Virus record (IMG/VR): IMGVR_UViG_3300036982_000611
Coordinates: 1 to 56,615 of that record
Source: a virus
Lineage: Duplodnaviria > Caudoviricetes
Strand: one strand, 5' to 3'
Length of the DNA stretch: 56,615 bases
Under the pieces are notes generated by a model that was not told where the DNA came from, searched no databases, and saw only the letters and a program-made list of their open reading frames with translations. Of this stretch, positions 1-8,199 are shown one piece after another. Within the stretch, counting starts at the first letter, position 1. Each line of letters starts with the position of its first letter. A program made the translations under genes and the position numbers.

Positions 1-127
1 CGGAGGCCCGGAGGCCCGGAGGCCCGGAGGCCCGGAGGCCCGGAGGCCCGGAGGCCCGGAGGCCCGGAGGCCCGGAGGCCCGGAGGCCCGGAGGCCCGGA
101 GGCCCGGAGGCCCGGAGGCCCGGAGGC
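1..127. repeat. 8-bp tandem repeat (CGGAGGCC)n at left contig end, ~16 copies
   Basis: Perfect array seen directly; same unit at the right end. Confidence 0.98.
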
Positions 128-248
128 TATCGCCCCTGGGCTTTCCAGACCTCTTCTGCGAAGTCGAGCAAGTCTTGAATGATGTCTCTCTTCATTGTTA
201 CTTCCCGAAAACTGGAGAATAGACAATCTCGAATATCTTAGTCCTTGA

Positions 249-422
249 CTAGTCTCCGATTAGTTCGTCAATTTTCTCAAGCTGCTTTGTCAGTCGTTCG
301 TGTCGTTTCTTGGCAGCTTCAGAATTCCAGATCCCTCGATCGTTGTTGAATAGGTTTGCTTTGATGTCCCGTGCGATCTTTGCTGCTTGCTTGTCCAGGT
401 CGATTATCTTTGCTTCTGTCAT
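249..422 (-). CDS. small hypothetical protein (57 aa, MTEAKIIDLDKQAAK...)
   Basis: Translated by hand, below the ORF-track cutoff; AAGGGA RBS-like sequence and a promoter upstream. Confidence 0.6.
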   Translation of the reverse strand: MTEAKIIDLDKQAAKIARDIKANLFNNDRGIWNSEAAKKRHERLTKQLEKIDELIGD

Positions 423-469
423 CGTCGTGTTCCCTTGCGTCCGTCGTGATTCATTAATTCCCCTGCATC

Positions 470-498
470 AGTGTATCGGCGATGGTCCGGGATGTAAA
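470..498 (-). promoter_or_regulatory. sigma70-type promoter TTTACA-17bp-TACACT
   Basis: Near-consensus -35/-10 with 17-bp spacer and an A/T tract upstream. Confidence 0.65.
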
Positions 499-548
499 TA
501 GTAAAGGATAGAAAAATAAAAATAATATTCCAGATGCATCCGGCGCAC

Positions 549-582
549 AAAAAAACGCCGGCCTCATTGGGGCCGGCGTTTC
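549..582 (-). terminator. Rho-independent terminator
   Basis: AAACGCCGGCC/GGCCGGCGTTT hairpin followed by a T-run on the minus strand, just after the GP88 stop. Confidence 0.8.
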
Positions 583-606
583 CGTCGTTCCGTCGTTTTG
601 CTCGAA

Positions 607-1383
607 TCACTCAATCAATTGAGCAAACCCCGATTGTAGGGCAGCGTTTCTTCCGGCTGTCGTTCCTGCCTTCAATCTCAACGCCACGATATATCCGGGC
701 TGTCCGGGCTTTGCTCGCCTGTCTAGGTGTCTCAAATCGGAATCGTCACCATCCAGCGTTTTAAAACTATGCCCGCCGATTGTCCAGGTCTTCGGAATCC
801 TCTGGAATAAGGCGCGGTTGCCAGTGAATGACCCGGACTCCGCAAACGCTACGGCGCAATTCTCACCTCGCAACAACAATTCAAGGCAACGTCGCTGGTC
901 TTCTTTGCGCTCGCTCCATGATGCTGTGATGAAGTAGTTTTCAGGCTTTTCCGGGTCCAAAAGTCGATTGTAAACCTTGGAATAATCATAGGCTATCATA
1001 TTCGGAAACCTGCGAATAACGGAAAACCAGTTCAGGTCGGAAAAACAATTCAGGCGCGCAACCAGTGTAGTTCCTTCACGTTCTGCGAAACGCTGTTCTT
1101 CCTCCAATTCTGTGATTAGTTGCTTCATAAATGCGGGACGATCTGAATGGAGCCATTTCGTCTTATCGCGGCGCGCCTCACCTATTTTTTTGAACACCAA
1201 TGCCAAACCCGTTAAATCGTTTCCGACACACGCTGCCGCACAATCATGTGCGTTCGGACAATTGCTCTTTCCGCCGGCGCTGTCGTGGGGGCTTAACATC
1301 AAAGAAACGATCCGGAATTCTCGGGCTTTGTCCTGAGATTTTCTTGTTTTGGTGTTCGCGCTCGCTGGTGACAATAATTTCAT
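607..1383 (-). CDS. phage GP88-family protein
   Basis: C-x5-C-x3-C, RLNCFSDLNW, YDYSK and DGDDSDLRHLD...IVALRLK motifs typical of Gene product 88. Confidence 0.8.
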   Translation of the reverse strand: MKLLSPASANTKTRKSQDKAREFRIVSLMLSPHDSAGGKSNCPNAHDCAAACVGNDLTGLALVFKKIGEARRDKTKWLHSDRPAFMKQLITELEEEQRFAEREGTTLVARLNCFSDLNWFSVIRRFPNMIAYDYSKVYNRLLDPEKPENYFITASWSERKEDQRRCLELLLRGENCAVAFAESGSFTGNRALFQRIPKTWTIGGHSFKTLDGDDSDLRHLDRRAKPGQPGYIVALRLKAGTTAGRNAALQSGFAQLIE

Positions 1384-1416
1384 GGGTTTCAATCCTGTTC
1401 AAATGATCAAAATGGA

Positions 1417-1445
1417 AAACCCGCTCGCACGATGCGAGCGGGTTT
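1417..1445 (-). terminator. intergenic 13-bp perfect hairpin, terminator-like
   Basis: AAACCCGCTCGCA-CGA-TGCGAGCGGGTTT. Confidence 0.6.
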
Positions 1446-1458
1446 GGTTGTGGTCTTC

Positions 1459-1848
1459 TTAGTGAACGATGACGATATGTTCCACGTCTCGCTTTACGAG
1501 ATATTCCGGAACGGATCCATCGAGAACAAGTTTCCGGAATGTCGCGGGAGGAACGAATTCGGGGCTGCGCGTTGTTACTGGCAATCCCAGTTTTTTGAAT
1601 TCCTCGACTGTTACTTCGGTGTCACGCTGCCCGATGGACTCTTTCACCGATGGTTCGAGAATGCGGATTTGCTTCCTGATTTCTTTCTCCGCTCGGTCTC
1701 CGATTGCTTGGAGGACATCGGGGCGCATGCGTTCCTCAAGTTTGCTGAGTTCGCTGAGTTTCTTCGCCAGCGTTCGCATGGTGTCAACCGTGCGGACATA
1801 GTCGGAAATCAGTTTTGTACTTCTCAGGTTGATGGTTGTCGTCGTCAT
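1459..1848 (-). CDS. hypothetical protein
   Basis: 129-aa ORF with AAGGA RBS, co-oriented with neighbours. Confidence 0.75.
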   Translation of the reverse strand: MTTTTINLRSTKLISDYVRTVDTMRTLAKKLSELSKLEERMRPDVLQAIGDRAEKEIRKQIRILEPSVKESIGQRDTEVTVEEFKKLGLPVTTRSPEFVPPATFRKLVLDGSVPEYLVKRDVEHIVIVH

Positions 1849-1896
1849 GGTCGAAATCCTTGTAACGTGTTGAAATGAAAAACGGGAAACTGTGGT

Positions 1897-2232
1897 TTAC
1901 TTCGCGTCAATTACGATGAACTCTTTCCACGTTGCCACCCGAACGACGGGCGGTTCCTGTTTTGCTTCGATGTGCAATGCGGTCGCCTTCTTCGCGACGT
2001 TTTCAATGCCTGGAAGATTCTTCGCGAAACACTCCGGGCACAATGCCGCTACGGTTTGCTCCTTCCCGTCATTGTGGACAATTTCGACGACGTGGATCCG
2101 TCGTTGATCGTGTACGTTGCCGCATCCGCAAAACATTGCGCGGGATGCTGCCAGCTTGCAAGTGGTACGCCGCATTCCGGTTGCGTGGTCGCCGGTGAGA
2201 AGTGCGGTTCCGATGATTTGTTCGTATTCCAT
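1897..2232 (-). CDS. hypothetical protein with Cys pairs (CGCG, CPEC)
   Basis: ORF with RBS; probable Zn ligands. Confidence 0.7.
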   Translation of the reverse strand: MEYEQIIGTALLTGDHATGMRRTTCKLAASRAMFCGCGNVHDQRRIHVVEIVHNDGKEQTVAALCPECFAKNLPGIENVAKKATALHIEAKQEPPVVRVATWKEFIVIDAK

Positions 2233-2269
2233 GGTTCTTTGTCCCCTGGTCAAAAGTGTGGGCAATGAT

Positions 2270-2299
2270 GCATCCGTACACTAAACAGTGTACGGATGC
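2270..2299. repeat. perfect 13-bp inverted repeat
   Basis: GCATCCGTACACT-AAAC-AGTGTACGGATGC, intergenic. Confidence 0.85.
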
Positions 2300-2310
2300 T
2301 ATTTTCGTTC

Positions 2311-2709
2311 TCAGCCGAGAACGGTTTTTAATTCGGCGATTAGCTTCTTTGCTGTCTCAATTGCCTCCTTGATATTCGCGGTAAAGTCTGCGCGAGTCTC
2401 ACATGATTCTGCGTCTGCAATCATTTTTGTCAGATCATTGCAAAGCGACCACGTTTCCGTATTGTTCAAATCGTCCTGCAGTTCCTCTAGGCTTTTCAGA
2501 CTCTTCGTCCGCGTTACCCGCTCTTCTGCTTCTTCAATCGTCAACACTGAGCCATGCATGGAAATTGCTCGTGTCGGTCCCTGCCACGTCGCATTCAAGC
2601 CAAGCCAGGTATTTGCCGTTTTTGTCGCTGCTTCGAGCGACTCGGCGCGATTGCTTATTTTGTGCTTTCCGTCGGAAGATCTCACATAAACATTGTATTT
2701 CTCAGCCAT
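2311..2709 (-). CDS. hypothetical protein
   Basis: 132-aa ORF with GAGGA RBS. Confidence 0.75.
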   Translation of the reverse strand: MAEKYNVYVRSSDGKHKISNRAESLEAATKTANTWLGLNATWQGPTRAISMHGSVLTIEEAEERVTRTKSLKSLEELQDDLNNTETWSLCNDLTKMIADAESCETRADFTANIKEAIETAKKLIAELKTVLG

Positions 2710-2848
2710 CGTTCTTTTCCTCGTTTGAGCGTTTCAACAAAACAACAATCAACCAGATCGGCAGTTTGACAATGTGTCCGGATGTGTAAATCCCAAAGAA
2801 GAACAAAAGTAGTAGAATTCTCGGAATAGGGTTTTTTGGAAACACTCG

Positions 2849-2933
2849 GGACATCCGAAAATCGGATAAAAAGATATCTTTATCCTATTGTATTAATACA
2901 AAAAGATATGTTTGTATTAATATCCGGATGTCC
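2849..2933. other. AT-rich nested palindrome block
   Basis: Outer GGACATCCG/CGGATGTCC arms enclosing palindromes AAAGATATCTTT and TTGTATTAATACAA, each partly duplicated. Confidence 0.6.
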
Positions 2934-2990
2934 GGTATTGCGGGCTGGCTCGACGGCCTCGACGAGGGGCTTGCAGCAGGAGCTGGTGGG

Positions 2991-3091
2991 GCAGCAGGTG
3001 CAGATCGGCAGCAGGTGCAGATCGGCAGCAGGTGCAGATCGGCAGCAGATGCAGATCGGCAGCAGGTGCAGATCGGCAGCAGATGCAGATC
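2991..3091. repeat. 17-bp tandem repeat GCAGCAG(G/A)TGCAGATCG x6
   Basis: Six adjacent copies with one variable position. Confidence 0.95.
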
Positions 3092-3557
3092 ACTCAGCCC
3101 AGTATTTCAACTCCGCTTCTTTTCGAGCAGCAGCGGCGGCTTCAATGGTCTCGAACCGACCAATGAAAACCCTCTTTCCATTCCCGTCCCAGATTGATGC
3201 CTGCCACTTCTTTGTCGGCGTGTGAAACGACACTCCGCGAACCCCAGTCTTGTTCTTTACATGGAGTCGCTGGTTTCTCTGATTCTGGGCGTGAGTTGCA
3301 TCCCTCAAATTGTCGATCCGGTTATTCATTCCATCCCCGTCACGATGATCGATCTGACCCTTCGGCCACTCTCCATAATGCATAGCCCAGACTGCGCGAT
3401 GAGCATAAACTCTCGAGTCGCCAATCTCAAGATACTGATAGAACGTGTTGCAGTTCTTCCTTCGATTCCGGATCGCGAATCCCAACTTGCGGTTCCTGAT
3501 CTCGCCGGTCTCAGGGTTGTACGAATACTTCTCACGAAGTGTCTCAATCGAAATCAT
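3090..3557 (-). CDS. HNH endonuclease with C-terminal AP2 domain
   Basis: YNPETG, AHRAVWAMHYGEWP, IDHRDGDGMNNRIDNLR, NKTGVRGV...IGRFETIEAAAAARK. Confidence 0.92.
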   Translation of the reverse strand: MISIETLREKYSYNPETGEIRNRKLGFAIRNRRKNCNTFYQYLEIGDSRVYAHRAVWAMHYGEWPKGQIDHRDGDGMNNRIDNLRDATHAQNQRNQRLHVKNKTGVRGVSFHTPTKKWQASIWDGNGKRVFIGRFETIEAAAAARKEAELKYWAE

Positions 3558-3829
3558 AGTAGCCTCCTCGCTGGATGCTACCACCTGTTGCTCCGGGGTA
3601 CAAGGCAGCAGCAGATGAACCACGAGCAGAGGCACTTGCGTTAATCCGGCAAATAGACATAATACCCGAACGACAAAACGGCGTTGTTGCACTTCTATCG
3701 CCGGACCCACGGATTCCCATGGGATGCCCCTGTTCCCCGGAGGCAAGAGTCGCCAGGGATTGGAAAGATTTGCGTTGAGTTAGTCATCACACTGAATTCG
3801 CTGAACCCGAACTCATCACTCGGGTTTTT

Positions 3830-4165
3830 TCATGCGCCGAACTCACCCACAGTAGCAGAAGTCTCCGAATTATTCGGTGGTAAGATCAGAATAACCTTCG
3901 GCTGCTCCACTTCCTGCCCGCCGCCAGCCAGTTCCAGCGATACCTTGTCATCCAGCATATTCTGGGCTTCGCACTTCAGCAGCAGATCGACGGCCTTCAG
4001 GCGGTTTGCGACGTTTTCGCCGACATCTTCGACGACATCGGCAATCAGGTTAATTGCTCGGTTTCTGATCTCCGGCGTAGTTTCCCAGCGTTTTCCCTGT
4101 TTCATGAGCCGCCCCATTAAGCCGACGGTTCGATAGTTGGACAGGTCGTTCAGGGAATCCATCAA
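3830..4165 (-). CDS. hypothetical protein, possible terminase small subunit
   Basis: Helical RLKAVDLLLK segment and C-terminal VILILPPNN strand resemble some TerS proteins; not adjacent to TerL. Confidence 0.35.
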   Translation of the reverse strand: MMDSLNDLSNYRTVGLMGRLMKQGKRWETTPEIRNRAINLIADVVEDVGENVANRLKAVDLLLKCEAQNMLDDKVSLELAGGGQEVEQPKVILILPPNNSETSATVGEFGA

Positions 4166-4566
4166 TTTGCTCCGGTCTCGTCAGCAGGGAAGAACCCGTA
4201 TTTTAAGTTGGCAGCTTGCCTAGCAGCAACAGCATCAGCGAGTTCAGTGAAGTGTCCAAGACTGATCTGCTTCCCGTCAACCTCAACGGCAGCGACCCAC
4301 CTTTTCCTCTGCCCGTACCATCGCACCCCGGTGACTCCGCTTTTGCTGTTTTTGTCTGGCTTCCGCAAAAGCCTGCGTTCTCCTGTCATGCTCCTGTTCG
4401 ACACATAGTCGATAGTCGCTTGTTTTCTGGCAGCGTAAGCCTCTTCCAGCGTCTTGAAGTATCCAACGACTTTGTACCCGTTGAAAACCTGAACCCAGAC
4501 TTTGAACTTACTTCTTGAGCTAATCCACTTCACGCAATCAGCCGGAATCTTTGGTTTACTCGCCAT
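4162..4566 (-). CDS. tandem AP2-domain DNA-binding protein, no HNH core
   Basis: Two AP2-like units: VGYFKTLEEAYAARK and SGVTGV...LGHFTELADAVAARQ. Confidence 0.8.
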   Translation of the reverse strand: MASKPKIPADCVKWISSRSKFKVWVQVFNGYKVVGYFKTLEEAYAARKQATIDYVSNRSMTGERRLLRKPDKNSKSGVTGVRWYGQRKRWVAAVEVDGKQISLGHFTELADAVAARQAANLKYGFFPADETGAN

Positions 4567-4846
4567 TCCACACCTCCAGAATAATCTTCTTGGCCTCATC
4601 CACGCACTCAACAATCTCAGATCGAGATCCAGTCGAACGAATCTTCTCCTGCTCCAGCAGTTGTATCTGACTGGTTTTTCCTCCCGGCTTCTTCACTTCG
4701 ATCGCGAGGAATCGTCCCTTCACTGAAAGGATCAGATCCGGAACTCCCTTCCGACCGTAAGTTCCCCCCGGATACTTCACAATCCAGACTTCCGGGATCT
4801 TCTCCGCCCACCTCAAAATCTTCGTCTGTATCTCGCTCTCTGTCAC
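4556..4846 (-). CDS. VRR-NUC domain nuclease (PD-(D/E)XK), putative Holliday junction resolvase
   Basis: ESEIQ...GVPDLI...FLAIEVKKPGGK.S..Q; GTG start after GAAGGAG RBS. Confidence 0.9.
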   Translation of the reverse strand: MTESEIQTKILRWAEKIPEVWIVKYPGGTYGRKGVPDLILSVKGRFLAIEVKKPGGKTSQIQLLEQEKIRSTGSRSEIVECVDEAKKIILEVWNGE

Positions 4847-6833
4847 GGAACGCTCCTTCTGGCAGGCCGACGAACTCCCTGAATCCCTTGGGAGCCGCCC
4901 AAAACAGTGGTTTCCCTCGCGCCAAGTCCATCTGATCGACCACCAGTCGATAGTTCTCTCTGGTTCGAGTGATGGCAACATACTTCAGGAACAGGTCTTC
5001 GTAGAAGTCCACAGCAGCCCCGCTGGCTTTCTCGGTGCTGGCCGAAAGTACGAAAACATTGCGAGCGCCGAGTCCTTTCGCCGAGTGACACGATCCCAGT
5101 CGAATCCCCGGATCTCTGACGCAGTCGATTCCGAATCTTTCAATCGCCTGGTCGAGCAGCAGCACTTTGTCGACTCTCCATCGCTCCGATCGGATGAAGT
5201 CAGCGAACTCTGGAGTCGCGCCCCATTCCTCGAGTTCGTCGAGAGTCCTCTTCAACTCCTGACTGCACTCCATCTTCTTCCACTTCGCCTTCGCTCCTCG
5301 GACGAACAATTCTCTGCCATCCATCTTCTGAGGGAGTTCTTCGGTAACTCTTCTCCAGTCATGCTCACTAATTCGCAGCCCTTCCCTGAGATCTCGCAGC
5401 ACCAGGACGAAGGCAATCTGCACCGGCGATTCCCACCGGCTCTTCATCTTCTCCTGAATCGACTTCCACGGAATCCCCGCAGAGTCCAGAAACTGCATAA
5501 CCTTCCCAAGGTTAAACCACGTCCGACTCAGGACCATCGTGTCTGAATTCACCAGTAGCGGCAGTAATCTTACCAATTCCTTCCATTCCACCAAACCAGT
5601 GGTTCCTTCTCCAGTCTCGCTAACCGGCTCCCTCGACTCATATTGCGGATCTCTCCTCAGAATATCTTCGCCCCACTCAATCACCGGCTCAGGATTCCTC
5701 CAAGACCTGTTCAGAACTACACGTTTACCCTCTTCTTTGGCCTGAATCTCCCTCGCCCTCATTATCTGCCACTCAGAGCCACTGAATCCGTAGACGGACT
5801 GATATACGTCCCCTAGCAACCAAAGCTCCTGAGCGTCCTCTGCGAGCCTCTGGCAGCAGCGATCCAAGATACTCGAGCAATCTTGGAACTCGTCGACGAT
5901 AAACAACTCTATTTCAGCCGGAATACTGCCCTCAGGGTAGGTTTCCTGAAAATCCAGTTCCTCATCGACTCTAATACCTGCATACTTGAACAGTAGGTCA
6001 CAAAAGTCCAGCTTCCCCCAAACCCGTTTCTGAGTTTCGTATTTTGTCACTATCTCACGGAAAGCCCCCATCTTATCGCAATCTGGCCTGATTTCGCCGT
6101 TTTTGCGCTCACCTGCGTACCCCGCGCCACCCAACAGGCACCCAGTGCCTGAACTTAACTTTTCCTGTATATAGGGCCATTTTTTATCACATGCAAGGGA
6201 ATGATCACCCGGAATTTCAGTTCCGCGTATAGGAGCATGTAGTGATGATTCTGAATTAAAAATGCTCCCTATAGGTAGAATATTATTTGGAGCTTCAGAA
6301 AACCCTGTGTTTTCATTGGAAAAAGTGCGTGCGCCCACCCCAAAATGTGGGCGCACGGAGGCTGATCTTGGGTGATCAGGGTGATCGCTGGTTTTGTACA
6401 CCACTACGGTGTCGTTGATCTCTCTTAACCGAGTCAGTCGCGCTCTTTGGAGATCCCACCACGATAAAGCATCATCGATCTTAGCTGAAAGAGTCCCCGT
6501 CTCACCACCTCTCGGCGCGCCAAGAACTTCAGTCATGAATCTACGCCCTTCAGCGGATTCATGATCGAGTATAGTTTTTGGATCCAGTCCTAGCAAGCGT
6601 AACACCGAAGAATGTATTGTTCGAAAGAACCCCTGTTTCTGAAGCCGATCACAATCGACGCCAGTCAGCCGAGAGGCTCTCTCAGCAGCTTCGAGACACG
6701 CTGATCTTGAGAAGGAGCTATATCCAATTTGATCCCAGCGAAGTCCTCCCCGCAGGCGATCCTCAAGTAAATTCATAGCAAAATTTGTCTTACCGGATCC
6801 GGCGCAACCTACTACAACATGAGTCTTTACCAT
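4617..6833 (-). CDS. UvrD/Rep-like superfamily 1 helicase
   Basis: GCAGSGKT (Walker A), IVDEFQD (Walker B), GDVYQSVYGFSG, SWRNP, CHSAKGL, YVAITR. Confidence 0.9.
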   Translation of the reverse strand: MVKTHVVVGCAGSGKTNFAMNLLEDRLRGGLRWDQIGYSSFSRSACLEAAERASRLTGVDCDRLQKQGFFRTIHSSVLRLLGLDPKTILDHESAEGRRFMTEVLGAPRGGETGTLSAKIDDALSWWDLQRARLTRLREINDTVVVYKTSDHPDHPRSASVRPHFGVGARTFSNENTGFSEAPNNILPIGSIFNSESSLHAPIRGTEIPGDHSLACDKKWPYIQEKLSSGTGCLLGGAGYAGERKNGEIRPDCDKMGAFREIVTKYETQKRVWGKLDFCDLLFKYAGIRVDEELDFQETYPEGSIPAEIELFIVDEFQDCSSILDRCCQRLAEDAQELWLLGDVYQSVYGFSGSEWQIMRAREIQAKEEGKRVVLNRSWRNPEPVIEWGEDILRRDPQYESREPVSETGEGTTGLVEWKELVRLLPLLVNSDTMVLSRTWFNLGKVMQFLDSAGIPWKSIQEKMKSRWESPVQIAFVLVLRDLREGLRISEHDWRRVTEELPQKMDGRELFVRGAKAKWKKMECSQELKRTLDELEEWGATPEFADFIRSERWRVDKVLLLDQAIERFGIDCVRDPGIRLGSCHSAKGLGARNVFVLSASTEKASGAAVDFYEDLFLKYVAITRTRENYRLVVDQMDLARGKPLFWAAPKGFREFVGLPEGAFRDRERDTDEDFEVGGEDPGSLDCEVSGGNLRSEGSSGSDPFSEGTIPRDRSEEAGRKNQSDTTAGAGEDSFDWISI
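6328..6357. repeat. perfect 11-bp inverted repeat inside the helicase insertion
   Basis: CGTGCGCCCAC-CCCAAAAT-GTGGGCGCACG, followed by three TGATC units. Confidence 0.8.
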
Positions 6834-6845
6834 TAGTAATGCTCC

Positions 6846-7358
6846 TTACAGCGGTCTGTCGGTTCCGTGATTCGTGTGAAAACCAAGTTCTGCTTCAGCT
6901 TTCTTGCGAGCGGCGATTGCGTCTTCCTTGCTGTTGAAGACTCCGAGATATTTGTTTACGCGGTTCACCTTTATCGTCGCCAGCCACTTCGATCGGGATT
7001 TTATCCAAGAAACTCCTGTTGTTCCTGAAGTGTTGCAAGTGTTCAATCGCTGGTTTTTTCCATTTTCAGCATGGGTCACTGCCCGAAGATTATCCCATCG
7101 ATTATTCAGGCCGTTACCGTCGATATGATCGACTTCGTTTTCAGGGAATTCGCCTGTCATGTACAGAAATGCAAGCCTATGCGCAAATTGCATAAAACCA
7201 AGCACTTTTATTTTTCTGTAATTCTTGCCACTTCTTTTCATTATTTCGCACCCAGCTTCAAATCCCTTTCTTCTTCGCCTTCCTCCAACAACCCACGTCC
7301 AGACGCCGGTTTCCGGGCAGTAGTGAAGCAGTTCTTTGAGTTGTTCCTGCGTAATCAT
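6846..7358 (-). CDS. HNH-AP2 endonuclease
   Basis: ITQEQLKELLHYCPETG, AHRLAFLYMTGEFP, VDHIDGNGLNNRWDNLR, NTSGTTGV. Confidence 0.93.
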   Translation of the reverse strand: MITQEQLKELLHYCPETGVWTWVVGGRRRRKGFEAGCEIMKRSGKNYRKIKVLGFMQFAHRLAFLYMTGEFPENEVDHIDGNGLNNRWDNLRAVTHAENGKNQRLNTCNTSGTTGVSWIKSRSKWLATIKVNRVNKYLGVFNSKEDAIAARKKAEAELGFHTNHGTDRPL

Positions 7359-7672
7359 TCCCCTCTCCCCTGCCATTCAGCCTGAATCTGGAATTCGCAA
7401 CATCTCACAACTCGACCATTACAAAACACAATCGCCCACTGCTCCCACGTCCATGCTTCCATGCGGAACGTCGTCATCGCTTGTCCTCCGATACCACGGA
7501 ACGGGAACGGCCCGGAGGTATTAGCGAACGTCTCAGGCCACGAGCAGTACGTCAGTTCCTGCCACCGCAGCCCTTCGATCATACAATTCAGCCGCAGCCA
7601 CTCACTAAGCGTCACACCAGCGACCGCCGCTGATATCGAGGCAGCAGAGGAGTTCATTGAGCTATTTCTCAC
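7355..7672 (-). CDS. hypothetical protein
   Basis: Start/stop overlaps with neighbours. Confidence 0.45.
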   Translation of the reverse strand: MRNSSMNSSAASISAAVAGVTLSEWLRLNCMIEGLRWQELTYCSWPETFANTSGPFPFRGIGGQAMTTFRMEAWTWEQWAIVFCNGRVVRCCEFQIQAEWQGRGE

Positions 7673-7902
7673 GGTTCACCTCCCTGAATATCTCTAAGCA
7701 TTATCGAATCAATCATCGCAACGCAGATCTTCCGGAGTGTGATGGCGTCAGTGTCATCACTGAGATGAAGTCCATTGTCCCGGAGCGACTTCCGGAGCAT
7801 CGGCCATTCGCTGAGTGTGCCGGAAACGCAGCCTTTAGCGGCCATTTCGATATGAATATCGGATTTGAAGACATCACGACTCATTGTTTCCTCCATCATC
7901 AT
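7669..7902 (-). CDS. hypothetical protein
   Basis: GGAGGA RBS, coupled to next gene. Confidence 0.6.
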   Translation of the reverse strand: MMMEETMSRDVFKSDIHIEMAAKGCVSGTLSEWPMLRKSLRDNGLHLSDDTDAITLRKICVAMIDSIMLRDIQGGEP

Positions 7903-8016
7903 CGCCGCACAGCGACCAGATCGCCGAGAACGGCAGGCAAGCGACCATCACAATGAGCATCGGCACAAGAATAAAGACGCTGATCAGGAGGATCGCGAGT
8001 TCAGTGAGGAGCCACT

Positions 8017-8199
8017 TCATGTCGTCGGCTCCTTCGATTCCAGCGGTCGTTTGAAGATCATCAAAAACATTTTTTTATCTGATCGTTTAGTGCAAGAGAC
8101 GAGTTCCCATCGATGTTTTCCGCATTCGTCGAGGCGACCAGTCAGGAGGCCAGGTTCGCCTGTGTCAAAAAAATTCATAGTCCAGTATTCCCAATTCAT
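8017..8199 (-). CDS. small hypothetical protein (DUF4177-like WEY...GWELV...FKRP pattern)
   Basis: Motif pattern only. Confidence 0.55.
   Translation of the reverse strand: MNWEYWTMNFFDTGEPGLLTGRLDECGKHRWELVSCTKRSDKKMFLMIFKRPLESKEPTT

Noticed and set aside
1-127. Terminal 8-bp array as a CRISPR array or true telomere
   Set aside because: No spacers or cas genes; same orientation at both ends and 127-bp length fit an assembly break in one array
2991-3091. 17-bp repeats as a mini-CRISPR
   Set aside because: Units are directly adjacent with no unique spacers
2836-3225. Plus-strand ORFs with QQVQIGSRCRSAA repeats
   Set aside because: Translations of the 17-bp tandem repeat, antisense to the HNH gene, no RBS
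6060-6425. Intein or group I intron in the helicase
   Set aside because: No intein terminal motifs or LAGLIDADG domain; no recognisable group I core; frame stays open
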